Origin: an uncultured Chloroflexia bacterium
GTDB lineage: Bacteria > Chloroflexota > Limnocylindria > Limnocylindrales > CSP1-4
Direction: 5' to 3'
Length of the DNA: 64,000 nt
NCBI GenBank assembly: GCA_963713975.1
Contig: OY970218.1
Location: forward strand, 352,001-416,000
The notes under the pieces are model-generated. The model made no database searches, was not told where the DNA came from, and worked only from the letters and a program-made list of their open reading frames with translations. A program made the position numbers and the translations under genes. Positions 57,446-64,000 of the stretch are shown in pieces (within the stretch, counting starts at the first letter, position 1; every line of letters begins with the position of its first letter).

Positions 57446-58750
57446 TCAGCCCGCGCCGGAGCCGGCGGCCTCGACGGCTTCGGGCTGCTCCAGCTCGAAG
57501 CCGGCATGGAGTGCGCGAACCGCCTCTTCCACGCGGTCCTCGGCGATGATCGTCGTGATCCGGATCTCGGACGTGGAGATCATCTCGATGTTGATCCCGT
57601 GATCCGCCAGGGTCCCGAACATGCGGGCCGCGTAGCCCGGCGCGTTGTGGATCCCTGCCCCCACGATCGATACCTTGGCGACGGCCGAGTCCGTCGTCAT
57701 GTCCCGGAAGCCGAGATCGCGGATGAGCGGCTCGAGGATCCGCTTGGCCTTCGCCAGCTCCACCCGCGGGATGGTGAACGAGAGGTCCGTGGCGCCGCCG
57801 TGGCCCACGTTCTGAACGATCATGTCCACGTTGATCCCGTTGTCCGCGAGCGGACCGAACACGCTGCGGGCCACACCCGGCTTGTCCGGCACGTCGACGA
57901 GCGTGACCTTGGCGACGTTCCGGTCATGGGCGATCCCCCGGACCTTGTTCCGCTGCTCCACGAGCGGGTCCTCCCTGATCTGTGTGCCGGGCGCGTCCTC
58001 GAACGAGCTGAGCACCTCGATGACGACGTCGTTGACCCAGCCGAGCTCCACGGCGCGGACCTGCATCACCTGGGCGCCCTGGTGGGCCAGCTCCATCATC
58101 TCCTCGTAGCCCACGATGGAGAGCTGGCGTGCATCCCCGGCGATCCGGGGGTCTGCGGAGTAGATGCCCTTGACATCGGTGTAGATCTGGCAGCGGTCCG
58201 CATCGAGCTGGGCGGCCAGCGCGACCGCCGTGGTGTCCGAGCCGCCACGCCCCAGGGTCGTCATCTCGGCTGCGTGCACGTCGCTCGCGGTCGGGCTGGA
58301 CGCGAGGACCTCGAGGGGAGCGACGCTCATGCCCTGGAACCCGGCGACGATCACGACCTTGCCGGCGGCGAGCTCCGCACGGACGCGCCGGGGGTCGATC
58401 CCCGCGATCCGTGCCTTTCCATAGCGGCCGTCGGTGGTGATCCCGGCCTGCGGCCCCGTGAGGCTGATAGCGGGCACGCCCATCGAATGCAGGGCCATGG
58501 ACATCAGGGTGGCGCTCTGGTGCTCGCCCGTGGCCAGCAGGACGTCGAGCTCGCGGGCGTCCGGGTCGTCCGTGACCGCGGCGGCCAGGGCGAGCAGCTC
58601 GTCAGTGGTGTCGCCCATCGCGGACACGACGACGACCAGCTGCGAGCCATTGGCCCGCTCGCGGGCGATGCGGCGGGCGACGCGCTTTACGCGCTCCGCG
58701 TCCGCGACCGACGAGCCACCGAACTTCATGACGACGAGGGGGCTGGGCAT
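57446..58750 (-). CDS. lysC: Aspartate kinase
   Basis: KFGGSSV, VSAMGDTTD, TLGRGGSD, two ACT domains. Confidence 0.95.
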   Translation of the reverse strand: MPSPLVVMKFGGSSVADAERVKRVARRIARERANGSQLVVVVSAMGDTTDELLALAAAVTDDPDARELDVLLATGEHQSATLMSMALHSMGVPAISLTGPQAGITTDGRYGKARIAGIDPRRVRAELAAGKVVIVAGFQGMSVAPLEVLASSPTASDVHAAEMTTLGRGGSDTTAVALAAQLDADRCQIYTDVKGIYSADPRIAGDARQLSIVGYEEMMELAHQGAQVMQVRAVELGWVNDVVIEVLSSFEDAPGTQIREDPLVEQRNKVRGIAHDRNVAKVTLVDVPDKPGVARSVFGPLADNGINVDMIVQNVGHGGATDLSFTIPRVELAKAKRILEPLIRDLGFRDMTTDSAVAKVSIVGAGIHNAPGYAARMFGTLADHGINIEMISTSEIRITTIIAEDRVEEAVRALHAGFELEQPEAVEAAGSGAG

Positions 58751-58881
58751 GCCGCGCATTCTAGCGGAGCATGCGCCTCGCTCCATCGACAGCGGCGGAG
58801 GCGCGACGGATCCCCGTCAGCGGGCGACAATCCGGGCCACGGTATCCACCACCCGGACGCGCGCCCCAGGAGGTCCTCCAG

Positions 58882-59652
58882 ATGTGCTTCGACCACGACT
58901 CCCGTCCGCCGATCGCACCCATCGAGGGCGGATCGCTCGACGCACAGGAGATCGCGATCGAGGCCGCCGACGGCAACCGTTTCGCCGCCTTCATGGCGCG
59001 CGCCGTCGAGCCTGGTGGTGGCGGCATCGTCGTCCTGCCCGACGTCCGCGGGCTGCATGCCTACTACCGGGAGCTCGCGCTGCGGTTCGCCGAACATGGC
59101 GTCGAGGCGCTCGCCATCGACTACTTCGGGCGCAGCGCCGGGATCGGCGACCGGGGCCCGGACTTCGACTGGCAGACGCACGTGCCGCAGACCACCTACG
59201 ACGGCCTTCGCGCCGACGTCACGGCAGCGGTAGCGCAGCTTCGGGCGATGACGGCGGTCACCCGCGTCTACACGATCGGCTTCTGCATGGGCGGGCGACT
59301 GGCGTTCCTGAGCGACGGCTTCGGCCTTGGCGTGGCGGGCGTCATCGGGTTCTACGGATGGCCAACGGGCCCCTCCCGCAACGGGACTCCGGCACCCGCA
59401 GAGGTGGCGGCGACCTTCGAGGCTCCCGTGCTCGGGATCTTCGGCGGCGCGGACGAGGGGATCGACCAGGAGGCCGTGGCGGCGTTCGAGCAGGCGCTGA
59501 GCGATGCGGAGGTCACGCACAGGGTGATCACCTACCCCGACGCTCCGCACTCGTTCTTCGACCGCAAGGTGGACGCGTTCGCGGGTGTCTCGTCCCTGGC
59601 CTGGGACGAGGTCCTGGATTTCCTCGGCCGCGGGACCGACGCCGCACGATGA
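58882..59652 (+). CDS. Dienelactone hydrolase family protein
   Basis: GFCMGG nucleophile, GGADEG, YPDAPHSF; AGGAGG RBS. Confidence 0.92.
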   Translation: MCFDHDSRPPIAPIEGGSLDAQEIAIEAADGNRFAAFMARAVEPGGGGIVVLPDVRGLHAYYRELALRFAEHGVEALAIDYFGRSAGIGDRGPDFDWQTHVPQTTYDGLRADVTAAVAQLRAMTAVTRVYTIGFCMGGRLAFLSDGFGLGVAGVIGFYGWPTGPSRNGTPAPAEVAATFEAPVLGIFGGADEGIDQEAVAAFEQALSDAEVTHRVITYPDAPHSFFDRKVDAFAGVSSLAWDEVLDFLGRGTDAAR

Positions 59653-59927
59653 GCTTCCTGCGGCGGCTCCTCGGGGGCACGAGCGGCGGCCATGACGGCG
59701 GCCGGGGGGACGGCGCAGCGGCAGGTCCCACGACGGCCGCCCCCGTCGAGACAGACGAGGTGGACCGCGATCGCGAGCTCCTTCGCGCCGACGCCGCCCG
59801 CCTGGAGAATGACCTGCTCCAGCGCCAGCTCCGGTACGCGGATCGGGCCTGGACGCCGCCTGCCCAGGGTGGCGAGCGGCGGGCCGACGACGGCGCCCAC
59901 AGGGATGACGACGGAGATGCCCGGTAG
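59649..59927 (+). CDS. Small hypothetical protein (92 aa)
   Basis: ATGA overlap with the upstream gene; MSFLRRLLGG N-terminus; LLQRQLRYADRAWTPP core. Confidence 0.6.
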   Translation: MSFLRRLLGGTSGGHDGGRGDGAAAGPTTAAPVETDEVDRDRELLRADAARLENDLLQRQLRYADRAWTPPAQGGERRADDGAHRDDDGDAR

Positions 59928-59929
59928 GC

Positions 59930-61129
59930 CTACGCGCCCATGCGCCGTGCCGTCCACGCCGCGATGCCGGAGGCGAACGCCAGGGCCGCGGCCCCGAGCA
60001 TCGCCACCTGCATGCCCACCGTCGCCGACATGAACCCGACGGCCGGCGGGTAGACGACGGCACCGACCACTGCGGCGAAGATCAGGGTCCCGCTGACGGT
60101 CGCCGAACGGCCCGGCATCCGCTCCCCGGCGGCGGCGACGATCAACGGGAAGATCGGGCCGAAGGCGAGCCCCACCGCGCCGAACAGGACCGGCGACAGG
60201 GGCGACACGGGCACCAGCACGGCCACGGCCAACAGGATCGAGCCCGTCATCGCGAGCACCGCCGTGGCCGCCTGCGGCTCCACCCGGTTCCCGATCCTCG
60301 CGAACACCAGCCGTCCCATCGCGATCCCGCCCCAGAACAGCGTCAGGGCGGTGCTCGCGAGGGTCAGCGACAGGTCGTCCAGGTAGCGCACGAGCCAGTC
60401 CGAGACGCCGGCCTCGGCGGCCACGTAGCAGCCCGAGGCCAGCGCCAGCACGAGCAGGAAGCGGGGGAGCCGCCGGGCCGCCGGCGCATCCGTGATCGGC
60501 ATGTCCCGCGGTGGCTCCGGGACGATCGCGTGCGCCGGTACGGTCAACGCCAGGCCGACGGCGGCCACCAGGACGGCGAAGCCCGTGGCCGTCATGACCA
60601 GCTGCCATGGGGCCCCGGCACTCACCGCCGTGGCGATCACGAGGGGCGCCATCAGAGCCCCCACGCTGTAGGAGACGTGCAGCAGGTTCAACGCCCGGCC
60701 ACGAGCGTGCGGGAACAGGTCCAGCACGAGGGCATTGAGCCCGACATCCGCGGTCGACGCCCCGATGCTGACGAGGATCCCCGCCAATGCGAACACGACC
60801 CAGGCACCCGTGAACCCCTGGACCATCAGCCCGCCCGCCATCAGCAGCGCGGCGCCGGTCAGGACGAGCCTCGACCCGGCCCTGCGGATGATCCGCCCGC
60901 CGAACACGGAGCCAAACCCGTAGGCGAGCGCGGTGACCAGGAAGTAGCCGCCCATGCCCGCGTCGGTCTGGTCGAAGGCCGGCAGCACGAACAGGATGAG
61001 GGACGGGACGAGGAGCGCCCGCCAGCCGACCAGGATGTAGGCGAACCCCGCGACGAGGCCGGTCCGCAGGGCGCCGTCCGATGTGCGGGTCGTGCTCCCG
61101 CTGCCGGAGGCTGGCACGGGGTCACTCAT
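59930..61129 (-). CDS. MFS transporter (FucP/TsgA-like)
   Basis: 12 TM; RGRALNLLH..GAL.AP, FWGGIAMGR, GPIFP. Confidence 0.88.
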   Translation of the reverse strand: MSDPVPASGSGSTTRTSDGALRTGLVAGFAYILVGWRALLVPSLILFVLPAFDQTDAGMGGYFLVTALAYGFGSVFGGRIIRRAGSRLVLTGAALLMAGGLMVQGFTGAWVVFALAGILVSIGASTADVGLNALVLDLFPHARGRALNLLHVSYSVGALMAPLVIATAVSAGAPWQLVMTATGFAVLVAAVGLALTVPAHAIVPEPPRDMPITDAPAARRLPRFLLVLALASGCYVAAEAGVSDWLVRYLDDLSLTLASTALTLFWGGIAMGRLVFARIGNRVEPQAATAVLAMTGSILLAVAVLVPVSPLSPVLFGAVGLAFGPIFPLIVAAAGERMPGRSATVSGTLIFAAVVGAVVYPPAVGFMSATVGMQVAMLGAAALAFASGIAAWTARRMGA

Positions 61130-61252
61130 GCGCCGATGGTATCGGGGGTCCGATCCTCGGGCGGCCCGGAGCGGCAGGTGGCCCGGGACGGTGCGCCGTC
61201 GTCGCGCGGCGCGTACGCTGTCGGCGACCAATCCCACCACCAAGGGGGCTCG

Positions 61253-61480
61253 ATGAAGGAACGGCTCATCGGCGACGACCAGCTGCTGGTCACGGCCGAC
61301 ACGACCATGGGCGACCCGCTCTGGGACTGGGTCGCCGCAGACGCGGCCCGACGCGCACCGGACGGCTGGCGCATCACGAACATCGGTGCCGTGCCCACGG
61401 GCCAGGCAGCCCCGAACCCGGCATACGGCTACGCGCCGGCACCAACGGGCGTCACCCTCTGGGTGCTCTACCGGCGGTGA
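61253..61480 (+). CDS. Small hypothetical protein (75 aa)
   Basis: AAGGGGG RBS; MKERLIGDDQLLV..GWRI..LWVLYRR; GTGA overlap with the next gene. Confidence 0.6.
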   Translation: MKERLIGDDQLLVTADTTMGDPLWDWVAADAARRAPDGWRITNIGAVPTGQAAPNPAYGYAPAPTGVTLWVLYRR

Positions 61481-62115
61481 GCCAGGAGCCCGCGTCCGAT
61501 CGCACCCGGGTCCGCAGGCTGCCGAAACGCGGCCAGTACGACCGCACGACCATCGACGCCATCCTGGACGAGGCGATGGTGGGGCACGTCGGGTGGGTGG
61601 CGGACGGGCAGCCCTACGCGACCCCGACCTCCGTGTGGCGCATGGGGGACCGGCTCTACTGGCACGGCTCGTCGGCCAGCCGGATGCTGCGCGCGACGGA
61701 CGGGCAGCCAGTGTGCGTCACCGTCACGCACCTCGACGGACTGGTCCTCGCGCGCTCCGGCTTCAACCACTCGGTCAACTACCGGTCCGTGATGGTGCTC
61801 GGCACGGCCCACCTCGTGACCGACGCGGCGGAGGTGGACGCGAGCCTCGAAGGGCTGATCGAGCACCTGTATCCCGGCCGCTGGCCGGAGCTCAGGCCGA
61901 TGACGGCCCAGGAGCGCAAGGCGACGTCCGTCCTGTGGATGGATCTCGAGGAGGCCTCCGCGAAGATCCGTGCCGACGCGAACCATGACGACGAGGGTGA
62001 CGAGACCTGGCCGACCTGGGGCGGCGTGGTGCCCGTGCGCATGGTCCGGGACGAGCCGCAGCCCGACGAGCACGTAGCGAGCGGGATGGCAGCGCCGGCG
62101 GTGCGCCTGCCGTAG
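61477..62115 (+). CDS. Pyridoxamine 5'-phosphate oxidase-like flavin-binding protein (NimA family)
   Basis: LYWHGSSASRM, DGLVLARSGFNHSVNYRSV. Confidence 0.9.
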   Translation: MSQEPASDRTRVRRLPKRGQYDRTTIDAILDEAMVGHVGWVADGQPYATPTSVWRMGDRLYWHGSSASRMLRATDGQPVCVTVTHLDGLVLARSGFNHSVNYRSVMVLGTAHLVTDAAEVDASLEGLIEHLYPGRWPELRPMTAQERKATSVLWMDLEEASAKIRADANHDDEGDETWPTWGGVVPVRMVRDEPQPDEHVASGMAAPAVRLP

Positions 62116-62118
62116 ACG

Positions 62119-62138
62119 GGCGTCGGGGCCCCGACGTC
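62119..62138. terminator. GC-rich hairpin between convergent genes
   Basis: GGCGTCGG-GGCC-CCGACGTC right after the stop; no U-tract. Confidence 0.4.
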
Positions 62139-62184
62139 ACCGACCGAGCGGTCAGCGCCGTCCATCAGTCGCCGTTGCCGTCCA

Positions 62185-63192
62185 TCAGCCGCGCTCGATG
62201 ATCTCCGGCCCGGCGTTCCGCGGCGCGACGATCAGCGTCCGACCCTCCAGCCCTGCGTCCGCGGCCGCCCCCGCAAGCGCCGCCTCGACGGGATCGGGAT
62301 CCGCGCCGGGTGCGACGAACGCGAGGACCGTTGACCCGGCGCCGGAGAGGAATGCCCCAAGGGCCCCGGCGGCCCGCGCCGCCCCGGTGAGCCGCGGCAG
62401 CTGGGGGTAGGCAACGGAGCGGTACGGCTCGTGGATCCGGTCCACGGTGAGGTCCGCCAGGAGCTCGAACCGTCCCGACGCGATCCCGGCGACGCCGATC
62501 GCGATCCGGCTCATGTTGCTGACGGCGTCGCGCAGCGGGACCTCCGCCGGCAGGACCCGGCGCATGTCCGCCGTCGACAGGCGCCGTTCCGGGATGAAGA
62601 GCACGGTCCGCAGGCCGTCCGGCGCGTCGAACCGCACCGCCTCGACGCGATCGCCCAGGTGCGCCGACACGACGAAGCCGCCCAGCAGGGCGGCGGCCGC
62701 GTTGTCGGGGTGGCCTTCGATGGACGTGGCCAGCCGCAGGCGCTGCGCAACCGTCAGTCGCTCCCCGCCCAGCACGTGACCGGCGACCACGCCACCAACG
62801 GTGGCCGCCGCGGACGAGCCCATCCCGCGAGCGAGCGGGATCCGGTTGTGCATCACGATCCGCCAGCCGGCCGATGCCGGCCGCGGCCCGATCACGGCCT
62901 CGAGCGCCGCCTCGAGCCCGGCCACGAACCGGTTCGAGCGCACCGGGGGCAGCTCGCCCTCGCCCTCGCCGGTGACCTCCAGCTCGACCGATCCGTCGCC
63001 GTCGACGGCCTCCACCGAGACGCGGTTGCAGACGTCGAGCGCGAGACCCAGGCAGTCATAGCCCGCGCCGAGGTTGGCGGTGGACGCCGGGATGTCGATC
63101 ACGAGCCGGCGTCCCGCGAGGGCGGCCCAAGCCGCCTCGTCGGCGGGTGCCGGCGGCAGCGGCGGCAGCGGCGGCGGCGTCCCCTTGCTCAC
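62185..63192 (-). CDS. thrB: Homoserine kinase
   Basis: PASTANLGAGYD, IPLARGMGSSAA, EGHPDN, LSGAGST. Confidence 0.95.
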   Translation of the reverse strand: MSKGTPPPLPPLPPAPADEAAWAALAGRRLVIDIPASTANLGAGYDCLGLALDVCNRVSVEAVDGDGSVELEVTGEGEGELPPVRSNRFVAGLEAALEAVIGPRPASAGWRIVMHNRIPLARGMGSSAAATVGGVVAGHVLGGERLTVAQRLRLATSIEGHPDNAAAALLGGFVVSAHLGDRVEAVRFDAPDGLRTVLFIPERRLSTADMRRVLPAEVPLRDAVSNMSRIAIGVAGIASGRFELLADLTVDRIHEPYRSVAYPQLPRLTGAARAAGALGAFLSGAGSTVLAFVAPGADPDPVEAALAGAAADAGLEGRTLIVAPRNAGPEIIERG

Positions 63193-63196
63193 CGGG

Positions 63197-64000
63197 CTAC
63201 CACCAGCCGAGCGCACGACTGACCCCGGCGATGGTCGGCTCCGCCTCGATCACGTTCACGGCGAGGCCGGACTCCGCCGTGTGGGGGTCCTTGAGCCCGT
63301 TGCCGGTCAGGACGCAGACCACCAGCGCATCGCTGTCCACCTCGCCCGCCGCAGCCGCCGCGGCCACGCCGGCCACCGACGCGGCTGACGACGGCTCGCA
63401 GAACACCCCCTCGAGGCGCGTCAGCTCGCGGTAGGCGTGGAGGATCTGCTCGTCCGAAACGGCGGAGATGCGACCGGCGGAGTCGTCGCGCGCGGCGACG
63501 GCCAGGTCCCACGACGCCGGGTTCCCGATGCGGATGGCGGTCGCGATCGTCTCCGGGTCGTCGATGGGGTGGCCGGCCACGAGCGGCGCCGCTCCGGCGG
63601 CCTGGAAGCCCCACATCCGCGGCACGGACGTCACCCGCCCGGCATCGCGGTACTCGCGGAACCCGCGCCAGTACGCACTGATGTTGCCGGCGTTGCCCAC
63701 CGGGATGGCCAGGATGTCCGGCGAGCGGCCCAGGTCGTCGCAGACTTCGAACGCGGCCGTCTTCTGACCCTCCAGCCGGAACGGATTGACGGAGTTGACA
63801 AGCGTGATCGGGTGCTCGTCCTGTTCGGAGAGCGCACGCACGACCCGCAGCGCCTCGTCGAAGTTCCCCGTGACGGAGACCACGCGGGCCCCGAACACCA
63901 GGGCCTGCAGGAGCTTGCCCAGCGCGATCTTGCCCGCGGGCAGGACGACGACGCACTCGAGCCCCGCGGCGGCGGCGTAGGCGGCTGCCGATGCCGAGGT
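63197..64000 (-). CDS. thrC: Threonine synthase, 5' part outside the window
   Basis: [43 protein letters not shown]. Confidence 0.94.
   Translation of the reverse strand, partial: TSASAAAYAAAAGLECVVVLPAGKIALGKLLQALVFGARVVSVTGNFDEALRVVRALSEQDEHPITLVNSVNPFRLEGQKTAAFEVCDDLGRSPDILAIPVGNAGNISAYWRGFREYRDAGRVTSVPRMWGFQAAGAAPLVAGHPIDDPETIATAIRIGNPASWDLAVAARDDSAGRISAVSDEQILHAYRELTRLEGVFCEPSSAASVAGVAAAAAAGEVDSDALVVCVLTGNGLKDPHTAESGLAVNVIEAEPTIAGVSRALGWW

Overview
A very GC-rich (about 72% by eye) bacterial chromosomal segment of mostly housekeeping genes. Gene content and style suggest Chloroflexota, possibly Limnocylindria; that is inference only. In order: a SatD-HTH/DUF3307 pair; a FOXRED2-like flavoprotein with two stand-alone cNMP-binding proteins; MFS; thyX; punA; moaA; a coiled-coil/acidic-repeat protein with a receiver-MinD/CpaE ATPase; acs; mscS; an IclR/class-III aminotransferase/amine oxidase module; DUF885; a degenerate DNA-methyltransferase-like protein; a TPR protein; PolX-PHP; two diguanylate cyclases; a cell-wall/EPS polysaccharide cluster; a long lysC-birA-ECF sigma-acc-fab run; and thrB/thrC. 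I saw no tRNA, rRNA, CRISPR array or transposase. Top leads: (1) a BCCP paralogue lacking the biotinylated lysine (plant BADC-like) between accA and accC; (2) an unannotated ~245-nt structured RNA with its own sigma70-type promoter between moaA and punA; (3) a scaffold plus MinD-like ATPase pair with no Tad or Min partners nearby; (4) a possible cyclic-nucleotide module around SatD; (5) widespread leaderless promoter architecture. All calls come from motif recognition by eye; no searches or folding programs were run.
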